Notes: generated by a model not told the origin, from the letters alone. Counted from the first letter of the whole stretch, positions 20,298-31,378 are shown. The stretch is DNA of 62,817 bases, filler included, from Actinomycetota bacterium (GCA_013152275.1; 6 parts of 6 records of this genome joined end to end with filler, not necessarily neighbours in it), one strand, 5' to 3'. Made by a program: numbers and translations.

Positions 20298-21265
20298 GTC
20301 CGTCGAATGTTCGACATGTCTCGAGTCATCACAAGCTCCGCGGCCACTGCGCATCGACTCGTTTGGATGAGCAACGCTCTCGCCTTCTGAACTGACACCC
20401 ACATCCATGGACGGATAGGTCGCCCGCTGTTCTACGGTGGTCCGACTGCGGCGTGGTCCGCTGTGGACGGTCTGGACCTCGGTGCGACTCGCTCCGTGAC
20501 GCCTGAACTGCGGTGTGATGGTTGCCAAATTCGTCAGATGTCTTCACCGATACCCAGCGGAAAATCATTGGGGCGACGACGTGAGTCCGGTCGTCGCGCG
20601 AGAGTGTTCAAACCCGTATCGCCGGTCGACATCTTTGGCTGTCTTCCGCAGCCGCGAATGATCTGCAGATGGTCGAACCTGCCAAAGTCCATCGTTGGTT
20701 CGGTGAGCGCCTCGACAAGAGTATCCCGTCCGATGTCGGAGATGGGATTGGGTGAACTCACCGGATGGATCGCCGGAACGGATCAACTGTTGGTGGCCTC
20801 GGTTTCGTTGCCGATGATCGCGCTATAGGATGACAGAGCCCGGAAACACTCGGATGTGGATGCGAATCGGAAGTCCAATTGCAAAGCCCTGAATGCTCCG
20901 ATGCGCTACCCCGTGGGTCAGCACCTGAGTCGTCCTGGTATGGAATGCTGCGTCGTCGCTCGAAGTGCGAGCGACCTCCTCGGCGTGAGACGCGACCCGC
21001 CCAACCATCTGGCACGCCTCCAGGTGCTTCGCCAACCCCATGGCGTATCGTCGTGTCGGCCCTGGTGCGATGTTGCAACGGTGGGTGATCGGCCCGACTA
21101 TTTGTCATGTCTGCCTGACGACTTGTCCGGTCGGTGCCGGGGAGGTTTCGGTACCGTAGCCACCGTCGCGAACTCGACTGTATTCGGATACGGCTGAAGT
21201 ATTAGGCACCAAGGGACGCGACTAATAGTCAGATCTTTCGAGAATTGGTCGTAGGTGGTTTCTGC

Positions 21266-21294
21266 TTGACACTACGAAGAGGAGGTCGTAAGCT
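21266..21294 (+). promoter_or_regulatory. Sigma70-type promoter of the solute-binding protein gene
   Basis: TTGACA, 17 bp, TAAGCT, 50 bp upstream of the ATG. Confidence 0.6.
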
Positions 21295-21344
21295 CCTATC
21301 TGAACTGCTGTTCACAGACATGAACTACGGAGAGGGAGAACACC

Positions 21345-22766
21345 ATGACGGACTCGAATGCTTCTCGAGGGATAGATCGACGTCGATTTCTCAGGATTGT
21401 TGGCGGTACCGGGATAGGTATCGCAGCAGGAGGAATTTTCGCCGCATGCGGTGGGACGTCCTCCCCGACCACGACCGCGGGGGTGACGTCAACAATCGCA
21501 GGGGCGACTTCAATCCCTGGGACGACTGCAATTCCGGTCGGGACCTATCCAGGTGTCGACCTTCTCAAGTTCCATGCATGGGATTTCCAACCGGACGTAA
21601 TCGAGCAGCATCTGAAGAACTGGACCGCAAGGTCCGGTGTCGCCGTCGATCTCAGTGTGACGCCAAACGTCGGCTATTCCGCCGACTTGCAGACCAGGAT
21701 GCGTGGTGGCGAAAAGCTAGATCTCTTCTATAACTTCGTTCCCCAGTCGCAGGACTATGTGGTGAACGGTTGGTCGCAGGACCTTTCAGATCTGCCCGAT
21801 GTAGATCAGATGCTTGCGGAAATGTATCCCTCTTCACGCGAGAAGTACACCACGAAGAACGGGATGGTCATCAGTGTTCCGTACTTCAGCGCTGTTCATA
21901 GCGTGCAATACAACACGCGACACTTGGCTGATGCTGGCCTCTCCTTGCCGACGAGCTTTTCCGAGATATTTGATCAGTGCCAGACCCTGAAGGCCTCCGG
22001 AATCGCCTCCCCCTACACCGCGTTTTGGATCAAGCAGTTCACCGAGGAGTACTTCCTCACGTATCTCCTGGCCGAGGGCATCGTTCCCTATGGCGACAAC
22101 GGTGAACCCGTGTTCGCGGACGATTCGAGGACTGCCGACGTTCTCGCGTGGTGGCAATCCATGTACCAGGAAGGCCTGACACCAGCGTCAATTCTGACGG
22201 ATGATCCTGGCAAGAGTTCGCTCCTCATGTCTGAGGGGAAGGCAACGTTCTACACGATGCACAACTATTTCCTCAAGTTGATCCGCGATCTTGATGGGCC
22301 CGAAACTGCGAACATCGAGATGGCGCCAAAGATGCACGGCCCGACTGGCAAGACACTCCAAATCGGTGAGGTTGTCCAGATGGGAACCAAGACATCGGGT
22401 GACGCACGCAACGCCGCATGGGACCTCATGAAGGTCTACGGATGGAAGAATCCCCAGGGCGAATACGACGTCTTGAAATCGTGGGCCACGGCCGCGGGCC
22501 TGGGCGCCCCGTATCCCGGATTCTGGACTGATCCAAAGGTTATCGCGGCGTACCCCGATTACATGCCGATGGCTCTGATATCCGACATCTTCGAAAGTGG
22601 ATCTGATGTCGTTGGTGCGAGGTCATTGCCGTGGTACGGCGACTTCCAGATTGATGTCGGTGACCGCATTCACAAGATGATCCTCAACCAGGTAACTCCG
22701 GAGGAAACCGTCGCTCTGCTCGCAGAAGACGCCGTTGCCCGTTCAGAGGGAAGAGGTGGGCTGTAG
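21345..22766 (+). CDS. Carbohydrate-type ABC solute-binding lipoprotein with Tat signal
   Basis: IDRRRFLR twin-arginine motif, lipobox FAAC, SVPYFS...QYN..L.DAGL..P. Confidence 0.8.
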   Translation: MTDSNASRGIDRRRFLRIVGGTGIGIAAGGIFAACGGTSSPTTTAGVTSTIAGATSIPGTTAIPVGTYPGVDLLKFHAWDFQPDVIEQHLKNWTARSGVAVDLSVTPNVGYSADLQTRMRGGEKLDLFYNFVPQSQDYVVNGWSQDLSDLPDVDQMLAEMYPSSREKYTTKNGMVISVPYFSAVHSVQYNTRHLADAGLSLPTSFSEIFDQCQTLKASGIASPYTAFWIKQFTEEYFLTYLLAEGIVPYGDNGEPVFADDSRTADVLAWWQSMYQEGLTPASILTDDPGKSSLLMSEGKATFYTMHNYFLKLIRDLDGPETANIEMAPKMHGPTGKTLQIGEVVQMGTKTSGDARNAAWDLMKVYGWKNPQGEYDVLKSWATAAGLGAPYPGFWTDPKVIAAYPDYMPMALISDIFESGSDVVGARSLPWYGDFQIDVGDRIHKMILNQVTPEETVALLAEDAVARSEGRGGL

Positions 22767-22984
22767 GCCGCAGGGGTAGGTACGCGAGAGCGACGTAGAA
22801 GGGAAGCAAACGTGCGTCGACTAATGCGCCGGAACCCCTCTTGTTCCACGATTCGCCATGGATCCCTGAGGCCACTCGTATGAANNNNNNNNNNNNNNNN
22901 NNNNNNNNNNNNNNNNNNNNNNNNNNNNTTAATTAATTAANNNNNNNNNNNNNNNNNNNNNNNNNNNNNNNNNNNNNNNNNNNN

Positions 22985-23235
22985 TCGCCTCGAAGACTCG
23001 GCACTCTCTCCTGGGGCCGCGGGGACACCCCCATCGCCTCGAAGACTCGGCACTCTCTCCTGGGGCCGCGGGAACACCCCCATCGCCTCGAGGACTCGGC
23101 ACTTCCCCCTGAGGCCGCGGGGACACCCCCATCGCCTCGAAGACTCGGCACTTCCCCCTGAGGCCGCGGGAACACCCCCATCGGGTTCGTCGCTGGCGCT
23201 CCTCACCCACTTCCCCCTGAGGGGGAAGGAAAGAG
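22985..23235. repeat. Four tandem 49-bp units plus a terminal REP-like hairpin
   Basis: Unit tcgcctcga(a/g)gactcggcact....cctg(g/a)ggccgcggg(g/a)acaccccca at 22985, 23034, 23083 and 23132, then ctcacccacttccccctgagggggaagg. Confidence 0.9.
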
Positions 23236-23246
23236 GGGGCAGGGGA

Positions 23247-24221
23247 TCAGCGTCCTTCGGTGAGCTCTTCGAGGGCCCGTCGCACGAACACCGGGACCAT
23301 GCGCTTGCGGTAGCGAGAGGTGAGGTCGGTGTTGTGGAGGGGTCGGGCGAGTTTTCTCGCCGCCTCGGCCGCCTCGGCGATCGGGCCGGGACCGAAGGGC
23401 CGCCCGATCAACGCCTCTTCGGCGTCGGGAACCCGCAGAGGCGCGGAGGCGACCGCGCCGAGGACGATTCTGGCCGCGGTGCAGGTTCCCTCATCGTCGA
23501 GTCGGATGGCCGCGGCGACCCCGAGGATGGGGAAATCGACGCTTCCACGGCGTCGCAGCTTGTGGTAGGTCGCTAGCAGACCGGCGTCGGACGGGATGGT
23601 GATCTCGGTGAGGATCTCCTCGGGGGCCTTGGCGAGGTAGGCCATGCCGTCTTCGCGGTACAGCTCGTCGACGGCGATGTGCCGCTCCCCGCCGGGACCT
23701 ACGAGCGTGACCGAGGCGTCGACGGCGACCATCACCGGTGCGAGGTCCGATGAGCTCACGGCCCAACAGACCTGCTTCGCCGGCGCCACCCAGCAGGTGT
23801 CGCCTCCGGCCTTGAGGCATGGCTTGGCCGCCTGCCGCCACAGATCTGGAACGTTGAGCCAGAAGCATCGGGTGTCGACGCAGAGGTTCCCGCCGATGGT
23901 GGCCTGGTTCCGGATCGAGGGTGATGCCACCTCGGCGGCGGCACGCGCCACCACGGGAGGCACCACATCGGAGGAGGCGATCTCGCCCAGCGTGGTCCGG
24001 GCTCCGATGCGAACCTTCCCATCCTCGATTCGGATCCCCACCAACCCGTCGAGGCGGTCGAGTGAGATCACGGTCTCCACGGTGAGCTGGCGCCGCTTGA
24101 GGTTGGGGAGCAGGTCGGTGCCGCCGGAGAGCACGACCGCCCGATCGACCTCGGCCAGCAATCTCGTCGCCTCCTCCACGGTCTCCGGCGAGGCCAGAAC
24201 AAACTTCGGCAGGCGCATCAT
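23247..24221 (-). CDS. hcrB: 4-hydroxybenzoyl-CoA reductase beta-like subunit (FAD, extra [4Fe-4S] insert)
   Basis: GGTDLLPNLK, IRNQATIGGNLC.DTRC...C.K.GG..C........C insert typical of HcrB, LRRRGSVDFP. Confidence 0.82.
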   Translation of the reverse strand: MMRLPKFVLASPETVEEATRLLAEVDRAVVLSGGTDLLPNLKRRQLTVETVISLDRLDGLVGIRIEDGKVRIGARTTLGEIASSDVVPPVVARAAAEVASPSIRNQATIGGNLCVDTRCFWLNVPDLWRQAAKPCLKAGGDTCWVAPAKQVCWAVSSSDLAPVMVAVDASVTLVGPGGERHIAVDELYREDGMAYLAKAPEEILTEITIPSDAGLLATYHKLRRRGSVDFPILGVAAAIRLDDEGTCTAARIVLGAVASAPLRVPDAEEALIGRPFGPGPIAEAAEAARKLARPLHNTDLTSRYRKRMVPVFVRRALEELTEGR

Positions 24222-26602
24222 GAGATGCCTCCCGGAGAGTCCTTGGGCGGCTCGACTCGATACACCGGCGGGAACCGGTGGTCGGGGAGGGCGGTGGGAC
24301 CGACCCGTCCCGAGCCTCCTCGAGCGAGGTCGGCGAGCGCCTCCAGCACCGTGTCGGGGCGCACCGGCGTCTCGTCGATCCGGATCCCCAGGGCGTCGTG
24401 CACGGCGTTGACCACCGCAGGGATCACCGGGAGCAACGGGCCCTGGCCCACCTCCTTGGCGCCGAAGGGGCCCTCGGGGTCGTCGGTCTCCACGAGGATC
24501 GACTCCACGGCCGGCATCTCGAGGATCGTCGGAATCTTGTAGTCGAGGAGCGATGGCCCCTGATGGAGGCCGTCGTGGAAGACGTGTTCCTCCATGAGAG
24601 CCTCGCCGAGGCCCATGTGCACGCTTCCCTCGATCTGGCCGACCACCAGCAGTGGGTTGATGGCTCGTCCGATGTCGTGTGCCAGCCAGACCCGATCCAC
24701 GGTCACGAAGCCGGTCTCGGGATCACAGGTGACCTCGGCGACGCACGCCGAATACGAGTACGCGGGGGTGGGGCCGACGCCGGCGCCCCGGTAGCGACCG
24801 GCGATCCCGTCGGGGGGGCGGTAGCTCCCGGAGGTGACGAGGGTTCCGGAGCGGGCCTCGGCGAGCTGCACCGCCTCTTCCCACGAGACGCTCCGGGCGG
24901 GATCGTCGGCGGTGACGATCGCCCCGCCGTCTGCGGTGAGGGACTCCGAAGCAACGTCCAGTTTGATGGCGACCGCCTCGAAAACCAGGTCCCGCAGGCG
25001 CTCGGCGGCCTCGAGAGCCGCGTTGCCGGCCATGAAGGTGACGCGGCTGGAGTAGCTGCCGAGATCGATGGGTGTGAGGTCGGTGTCCGCGGTCACCACC
25101 GTCAGGTCCTTCGGGTCCAGGCCGAGGGCCTCGGCGACGATCGTGGCCAGTATCGTGGTCGAGCCCTGGCCGCAGTCTGTCGCCATCGAGTACACGGTGA
25201 CGCCTCCGCCGCGGCCCACCTTCAGCATGACCTCCGATTGGGGCATGTCGTTGAAGTGGATCGGAAACCCCGCTCCCGACAGATAGGCCGAGACGGCGAT
25301 TCCGACTCCCCTGCCCCGGGGGAGGGAGGCGTGCTTGTCGTCGAACCGGGACGCCTCGACGACACGATCGAGGCACTGCTCGAGGCCGCAGCTCGTGATG
25401 CGGAGATGGTTGACGGTGCGTGAGAACGGCTCCACGAGGTTGCGTCGCCGGAGCGTGACCGGGTCGATCCCGAGTTCGGCGGCCGCCCGGTCCAGGTGGC
25501 TTTCGATGGCGAAGCGGGGTTGAGGCGTGCCGTGGCCGCGCTTCGCGCCGCAAGGAGGCTTGTTGGTGAAGACACGCACCCCCTCGAAGCGGTAGCGGGG
25601 GATGCGGTACGTCGTGGTTTGGAGCTGACCGGTGTACAGCAGGCTGGCGGCGCCGTAACTGCCGTAGGCGCCACCGTCGAGGAAGGAGCGGAACCACATG
25701 GCGGTGATGTGACCTTCGGTGGTGAACCCGGTGCGGACCCACATGAGCACGGGGTGGCGCCCCCGGTGGGCGTAGAAGACCTCTTCGCGCGTGAGGGTGA
25801 TCTTCACCGATCGGCCGGTCGTGAGGGCGAGCTTGGCGGCAACGATCTCGTGGGAGAAGACGTCGGTCTTGCCTCCGAACCCACCTCCCACCGCGGTCGC
25901 GATCACGCGGATCCGGCTGACGGGAACCTCGAGAACCTTGGTGAGGATCTGGTGCAGGTAGTGGGGCACCTGCGTGGAGGACCAGACCGTGAGCCGGCCG
26001 TCCTCACCGACGGAGGCGACCACGGCGTGAGGCTCCAGGGCTGCGTGCGTCGTGCCCTGGAAGAAGTAGAGGTCTTCGCGGACGTAGTCGGCCGAGGCGA
26101 AACCCTCGTCCACGTCACCGAACTCGAGCGCCGTCTCCCGGTGGATGTTGGCGCCGGTGCCCTCGCCGTGGATGAGGGGCCCGGACGGGTCGAGCGCCTC
26201 CTCGATGGTCGTGACCCCCGGCAGCGGCTCGTACTCGATCTCGATGAGGTCCAAGGCCCGTTCGGCGATCTCGGGATCCGTCGCCGCGACGACGGCAACC
26301 GGCTCTCCCACATAGCGCACCCTGTCGATGGCAAGCGCGTTCTCGTCCTGGCTCACCGGAAGAATCCCGTAGCGGACGGGAAGGTCGGTTCCCGTGAGCA
26401 CCGCGTGGACGCCCGCAAGCGCACGGGCGGCGGACGTGTCGATGCGCAGGATCCGAGCATGGGCGTGGGGGCTGCGCAGGAGCTTGGCGGTGAGGGTGCG
26501 CGGGGGCATCAGATCGTCGGCGTAGACCGTCTGTCCCGTGACCTGGCCGAGTGCGTCGACCCGTCCGGAGGGTTTGCCAACGGCCCGGTAGGCGCTCTTC
26601 AT
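24218..26602 (-). CDS. hcrA: 4-hydroxybenzoyl-CoA reductase alpha-like molybdenum subunit
   Basis: LRSPHAHARI..IDTS, YGILPVS..E..LA, STQVPHY, GGGFGGK, RGHG, DLGSYSSRVTF. Confidence 0.82.
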   Translation of the reverse strand: MKSAYRAVGKPSGRVDALGQVTGQTVYADDLMPPRTLTAKLLRSPHAHARILRIDTSAARALAGVHAVLTGTDLPVRYGILPVSQDENALAIDRVRYVGEPVAVVAATDPEIAERALDLIEIEYEPLPGVTTIEEALDPSGPLIHGEGTGANIHRETALEFGDVDEGFASADYVREDLYFFQGTTHAALEPHAVVASVGEDGRLTVWSSTQVPHYLHQILTKVLEVPVSRIRVIATAVGGGFGGKTDVFSHEIVAAKLALTTGRSVKITLTREEVFYAHRGRHPVLMWVRTGFTTEGHITAMWFRSFLDGGAYGSYGAASLLYTGQLQTTTYRIPRYRFEGVRVFTNKPPCGAKRGHGTPQPRFAIESHLDRAAAELGIDPVTLRRRNLVEPFSRTVNHLRITSCGLEQCLDRVVEASRFDDKHASLPRGRGVGIAVSAYLSGAGFPIHFNDMPQSEVMLKVGRGGGVTVYSMATDCGQGSTTILATIVAEALGLDPKDLTVVTADTDLTPIDLGSYSSRVTFMAGNAALEAAERLRDLVFEAVAIKLDVASESLTADGGAIVTADDPARSVSWEEAVQLAEARSGTLVTSGSYRPPDGIAGRYRGAGVGPTPAYSYSACVAEVTCDPETGFVTVDRVWLAHDIGRAINPLLVVGQIEGSVHMGLGEALMEEHVFHDGLHQGPSLLDYKIPTILEMPAVESILVETDDPEGPFGAKEVGQGPLLPVIPAVVNAVHDALGIRIDETPVRPDTVLEALADLARGGSGRVGPTALPDHRFPPVYRVEPPKDSPGGIS

Positions 26603-27099
26603 CGTGAGGCCTCTCGGTCCGCGGACCCTGGGGCGGCCAACCGGACCGCCTCGAGAATCTTGATGTAGCCGGTGCACCGGCACATGTTTCCGGCGAGGGC
26701 GTCACGAATCCGGTCGAGGTCGGGGTCGGGCTCCTCGTCGAGCAGCGCGGCCGCGGTGATGATCATCCCCGGCGTGCAGTATCCGCACTGGGCGGCGCCG
26801 AGGGAGGCGAACGACTCCTGAAGCGGATGGAGGGCTCCGGGCGGGGCCAGCCCCTCGATCGTGGTCACTTCCCGCCCGGCGACCTGCGCCGCGAGGGTGA
26901 TGCAGGACAGTCGGGGGACCCCGTCCACGAGTACGGTGCAGGCGCCGCACTCGCCGAGATCACAACCGTGCTTGGTGCCGGTGAGCCGGAGGTCCTCCCG
27001 AAGCACTTCGAGGAGGGTCCGGTGGGCCGGCACCGTGAGGTCGTGTTGCTCCCCGTTCACTCGCAGCCTGAAGGGCTTCAACGGTGTCTCGCTCATCAT
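26599..27099 (-). CDS. hcrC: 2x[2Fe-2S] small subunit (HcrC/CoxS type)
   Basis: [34 protein letters not shown]. Confidence 0.85.
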   Translation of the reverse strand: MMSETPLKPFRLRVNGEQHDLTVPAHRTLLEVLREDLRLTGTKHGCDLGECGACTVLVDGVPRLSCITLAAQVAGREVTTIEGLAPPGALHPLQESFASLGAAQCGYCTPGMIITAAALLDEEPDPDLDRIRDALAGNMCRCTGYIKILEAVRLAAPGSADREASR

Positions 27100-27360
27100 G
27101 GCCGATTGTACTTTCGTGCCGCCTCGCCTGCGATGGTCTGCACCCCGGTCTCACCGAGGTCTTCTCCATCGCGGCTCGATCGCGTGCAGGCTCCGAAGGG
27201 ACGCCCGGCGGGTGCGGGGGCACCGAGATCGAGGGGGAGCGAGAGGTCCGTCACCTCGTTTCTTCGCGCCGACCAACGACCCTGCGACGAACGGCGAGCG
27301 ACTCGCCAATGCCGATGATGCATGACTCCCTCCAGGCCGATTGTCGGGTCCGACGTACCG

Positions 27361-27415
27361 TTGACAAGGGCCGAGCTTGTTCGTTATGATATTACCGACC
27401 GGTCAGTCGGTCGGT
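27361..27415 (+). promoter_or_regulatory. Sigma70 promoter plus TetR (PaaR-like) operator
   Basis: TTGACA, 18 bp, TATGAT, followed by inverted repeat accgaccg-gtcagt-cggtcggt (27394-27415). Confidence 0.7.
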
Positions 27416-27421
27416 GGATAT

Positions 27422-28045
27422 ATGACACAGAAGATAGCAGAACTTCCCACCAGGTCGGAGGCCACCGCGGCCCGGATCGTGGCCGCCGCCAGGAAGCTGT
27501 TCGTTGCGAGCACCTACGCCGACGTCACCACCGAGATGATCGCTCGGGCGGCCGAAGTCACCAAAGGTGGCCTGTATCACCACTTCGCCAGCAAGGAGCA
27601 GCTCTACTTCTCGATGATGCTCGAGGACTTCGAGCGCAAGCGCCGCCTCTTCGGGGAGGCCGTCTCGGCAGCCGGAACGTGTCGCGACCGCCTTGCCCGA
27701 CTCACCCGCGACTTTCTCGAACTTCCCGACGAGGAACGTGAACTGGCCCGCCTGGTCCGCCGCGACATCAACACGTTCACCGGCGAAAAGCGAGACCGCC
27801 TCGTGCGGGCATATCAGCAGGCCCTTCCCGAACAGGTCGAGATCATCATCCGCGATGGAATCGAGGACGGCGAGCTGGCCGATGGAGACGCCCGGATCCT
27901 CTCCTGGTGGTTCGTCGCCCTCGTGGAGGTCGTGATCGGAGCGTATGCGGATCGTGTGTTCGGAAGCACGCAGGCCCGCCTCGATCATGTGCTGGATCTC
28001 TTCTTCGAGGGAGCAGCCGCCAAGCCACTGGAGGGGACGGTATGA
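27422..28045 (+). CDS. TetR family regulator
   Basis: ARIVAAARKLF...YADVTTEMIARAAEVTKGGLYHHFASKEQL. Confidence 0.92.
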   Translation: MTQKIAELPTRSEATAARIVAAARKLFVASTYADVTTEMIARAAEVTKGGLYHHFASKEQLYFSMMLEDFERKRRLFGEAVSAAGTCRDRLARLTRDFLELPDEERELARLVRRDINTFTGEKRDRLVRAYQQALPEQVEIIIRDGIEDGELADGDARILSWWFVALVEVVIGAYADRVFGSTQARLDHVLDLFFEGAAAKPLEGTV

Positions 28046-29217
28046 CAACGACGGTAACGAGGACGTTTGACGAATGGCGTGACAAGACGCTCGCCGAGGC
28101 GCTGTTCGAGTGCCGGGAGATGGTCGAATCTCCCGAGTTCGAGACGGTGCGCCGCTGGCGCGAGGCCGGTGGCAAGGTGGCCGGCCACTTCCAGGTCTAC
28201 TTTCCCGAGGAGATCGTCCACGCGGCAGGCATGCTCCCCTTCAAGGTGCGGGGCGCCCCGGTGGAGGCGAACCGGGCCGATTCGAACTTCGGTTCCTATC
28301 TCTGCTCGATCCTCAAGACGTCCCTCGAACTCGTCCTGACCGATCGGGTCGAGCTGGACCTGTTCGTCTCCCACCCGATCTGTGACGCGGCTCGCAACCT
28401 CTCGGCGATATGGGGCCGCAACTTCGATTACCCGTGCCAGATCCTGTACCTGCCCCAGAACCCGAACTCGGCGGGGAGCCTCGAATACCTGCGTCACGAG
28501 TACGACCGGATGCGCCGGGTCGTCGAGGAGGTGTCGGGGCACGAGATCACCGACGAGGATCTCCGCAACTCGATCACCGTGTTCAACGAGAACCGCAGGC
28601 TTCTGCGGGAGCTCTATGACATCAAGAAGGACACGCCGTGGCTGATCGCGGCGGAGGATGCATACGCATTGGTCTCCCTTGCCGGGATGATCCCTCGTGA
28701 GGAGCACAACGAGCTTCTGGCGACGCTGCTGCCGATGATCCGGGAGAACACCACCAAACGGGAGGACCGCATTCGCGTGGTGTTCGAAGGAGGCTTCTGT
28801 GAGCAGCCTCCGTTCGATCTCGTACGGATGCTGGGCCGCACCTGCTACCTCGTGGACGACGACTTCCACATCGGGATGCGCTGGATCACCGAGGACGTAC
28901 CCCTCGACGGCGACCCGCTCGAGAACCTGGCCGTCTCGTACGTCGAGCACTCTTCGTACAGCTCCGTGCAGCACGATCTGCGCAAACCCAAGGAGAAGAT
29001 GCTCATGCGCCGAATCCGTCGTGCCGGTGCCGACGCCGCCATCCTCGCATCGGCCAAGATGTGCGAACCCGGCCTCGAGGAGCAGGTCGCCTACACGCAC
29101 GCTCTCGACACCGAAGGGGTCGCCTATTTCGTCAGCGAGTTCGAGGAGAGCATGACCTCCTTCGACCAGCTCGAGCTGCAAGTCGAGACATTCCTCGAGA
29201 ACCTGCTTTTCGCATGA
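28042..29217 (+). CDS. bcrC: Class I benzoyl-CoA reductase subunit C-like (HgdB family)
   Basis: VRRWRE..GK..G....YFPEEIVHAAGMLP, YLCSI, HPICD.ARNLS, GGFCEQPP, KMCEPGL. Confidence 0.8.
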   Translation: MTTTVTRTFDEWRDKTLAEALFECREMVESPEFETVRRWREAGGKVAGHFQVYFPEEIVHAAGMLPFKVRGAPVEANRADSNFGSYLCSILKTSLELVLTDRVELDLFVSHPICDAARNLSAIWGRNFDYPCQILYLPQNPNSAGSLEYLRHEYDRMRRVVEEVSGHEITDEDLRNSITVFNENRRLLRELYDIKKDTPWLIAAEDAYALVSLAGMIPREEHNELLATLLPMIRENTTKREDRIRVVFEGGFCEQPPFDLVRMLGRTCYLVDDDFHIGMRWITEDVPLDGDPLENLAVSYVEHSSYSSVQHDLRKPKEKMLMRRIRRAGADAAILASAKMCEPGLEEQVAYTHALDTEGVAYFVSEFEESMTSFDQLELQVETFLENLLFA

Positions 29218-29238
29218 AGGAGCGCATCATTCCAGGAG

Positions 29239-30549
29239 GTGGACATGACCACTCGAGATAGCACACCAGAACTGGTCGGCCGCGGCAACCGAGAGGGTGC
29301 CGCCCTGTTCCGGGCCTGGTTTGCCGAACTCGACGAGACGGCAAGGAACGGCGGCCAGTCCGCATACGTCTTCGTGATGGGGAGCATCAACGAGATCTTG
29401 AAGACGTTCGACCTTCCCGTCGTCTTTCCCGAGATCAACTCGCTCCAGACCGCGGTGCGCCGCGTCGCCCACGAATACCTCGAAGTGGCGGAGGACTACG
29501 GGTATTCGCCCGACATCTGCGGGTATGTCAAAGCCGATGTCGGCACCCAGCTACGCGGTGGAGAGCATCCCATGGGTCGGATACCGAAGCCGACCCTCTC
29601 GGTACTCACCAACGCCTGCAACACCTACATCAAGTGGGCCGAGATCTGGGAACGGATGTACGGAATGCACAACTTCACCATCGACATTCCCGGCACCCGT
29701 CAAGCCGGGGGCCAGACCTGGAGTGGTGATTCCGACTTCGAGGCCGACCGCAAGTACGTCGAGGTGCAGCTCGGTGAACTGATCACGTTGTGTGAGGAGG
29801 TCACCGGCAAGAAGTTCGACATCGACAAGTTCCGTGAGGTCCTCACTTACGCCAACACGATGAGCCGCTCGTGGAAACGGATTCTCGATCTCAACCGTGC
29901 GAAACCGTCCCTGTTCAACGCGCTCACCGACGGGACGATATTCCTCGGTGTCGCCAACGGCTTCAGGGGAACCGAGGCCGGCGCCCGCTACTTCGAGCGC
30001 CTGGTGGAGGAGATGGAGTACAAGGCGGCCAACGGGATCGGCCAGAGCATCGAGGAGCAGTACCGCCTGGTGTTCCTCGGGGTTCCCTGTTACCCGATCT
30101 TCCGCCGGTTCAACGAGCTGTTCACCGACTGGGGCGGCAGTTTCGTCAACTCGACGTATCTCTGGTTCGCCTCCGGCGGCACCAATCGCGGCTTCGAGTA
30201 CGACCTCGCACATCCGTTGGCGAGCCTGGCCGAGGGGGTGCTCGTGAGTGTCCGTGACGCCATGGATGCCATGTTCCACCAGAACGAGGCGCTGGCCCAC
30301 ATGACGGAGGACTTCGACGTGGACGGCATCGTCTACCACTCGATCAAGAGCTGCCGGACCGTCTCGACGGGGCTCGCAGACAGCCGTAGGCACATGACGG
30401 AGGATCTGGGCATACCGAGCCTGTTCATCGAGTCGGACATGATGGACCGGCGGGTCGTCTCCGAAGCTCAGATGAAGAACCGTGTCGACGCCTTCTTCGA
30501 AGGCTTGGCATCCCGCCGGCGACAAGCCCTTGCCGGCACAGAAGGATGA
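29239..30549 (+). CDS. bcrB: Class I benzoyl-CoA reductase subunit B-like
   Basis: [54 protein letters not shown]...AQ.KNR. Confidence 0.8.
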   Translation: MDMTTRDSTPELVGRGNREGAALFRAWFAELDETARNGGQSAYVFVMGSINEILKTFDLPVVFPEINSLQTAVRRVAHEYLEVAEDYGYSPDICGYVKADVGTQLRGGEHPMGRIPKPTLSVLTNACNTYIKWAEIWERMYGMHNFTIDIPGTRQAGGQTWSGDSDFEADRKYVEVQLGELITLCEEVTGKKFDIDKFREVLTYANTMSRSWKRILDLNRAKPSLFNALTDGTIFLGVANGFRGTEAGARYFERLVEEMEYKAANGIGQSIEEQYRLVFLGVPCYPIFRRFNELFTDWGGSFVNSTYLWFASGGTNRGFEYDLAHPLASLAEGVLVSVRDAMDAMFHQNEALAHMTEDFDVDGIVYHSIKSCRTVSTGLADSRRHMTEDLGIPSLFIESDMMDRRVVSEAQMKNRVDAFFEGLASRRRQALAGTEG

Positions 30550-30559
30550 GGTGATCACA

Positions 30560-31378
30560 GTGGCATACGCAGCCGGAGTCGACGTCGGTTCGACCCAGAC
30601 CAAAGCCGTCATCATCGACGAGGACGGCAAGATCGCCGGCCGCTCTCTCATCGACACGGGAGCCAATGTCGTCAAGGCAGCGGAGTCGTCCTTCCTCGCC
30701 GCCCTCGAGGCGGGAAACATCAGCGAGGAGGAGGTCAACTACGTTGTCGGTACCGGATACGGCCGCTACCGGGTGACCTTCGGCAACACCCAGGTCACCG
30801 AGATCAGCTGTCACGGCAGGGGTGCGGTCCACCTGTTCCCCAACACGAGGACGGTCGTCGACATGGGTGGCCAGGACACCAAGGCGATCGCCGTCAACGC
30901 CGTCGGCGAGATCACCGACTTCTGCATGAACGACAAGTGTGCCGCCGGGACGGGACGCTTCCTCCAGGCCGCCGCTTCGGCGCTCGACATCCCCCTCGAC
31001 GATCTCGGCCCCCTCTCGCTCCAGAGCAGGAAGTCCGTCAAGATCAGCACGACCTGCACCGTCTTCGCAGAATCCGAGGTGCTGGCGTGGATCGGCAAGG
31101 GGAAGAAGATCGAGGACATCCTCTGGGGTGTCCACAAGTCCATCGCCGCTCGTTCGGCGAGCCTGATGCGTCGAGTCGGCATCAACGACGAGATCACCTT
31201 CACCGGTGGGGTGTCCCGGAACGACGGTATGGTCAAGGCGCTCTCGGACCGTCTGGGAAAGCCCCTGAACGTCAGCGCCGACTGTCACTACATCGGGGCA
31301 CTGGGGGCCGCCTTGTTCGCTCTCGACCACGTCATGGCCGGTCGTGCGCCGGTCTCCGGTATGGAGGTGGCATCGTGA
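30560..31378 (+). CDS. Benzoyl-CoA reductase ATP-binding activator subunit (ASKHA; BcrA/BzdQ-like, short)
   Basis: [57 protein letters not shown]. Confidence 0.88.
   Translation: MAYAAGVDVGSTQTKAVIIDEDGKIAGRSLIDTGANVVKAAESSFLAALEAGNISEEEVNYVVGTGYGRYRVTFGNTQVTEISCHGRGAVHLFPNTRTVVDMGGQDTKAIAVNAVGEITDFCMNDKCAAGTGRFLQAAASALDIPLDDLGPLSLQSRKSVKISTTCTVFAESEVLAWIGKGKKIEDILWGVHKSIAARSASLMRRVGINDEITFTGGVSRNDGMVKALSDRLGKPLNVSADCHYIGALGAALFALDHVMAGRAPVSGMEVAS

Noticed and set aside
20300..21200. Protein-coding genes in this interval
   Set aside because: Only short ORFs with no convincing motif or RBS; possibly decayed sequence.
22985..23180. CRISPR array
   Set aside because: Units repeat end to end with no unique spacers, and no cas genes are in the window.
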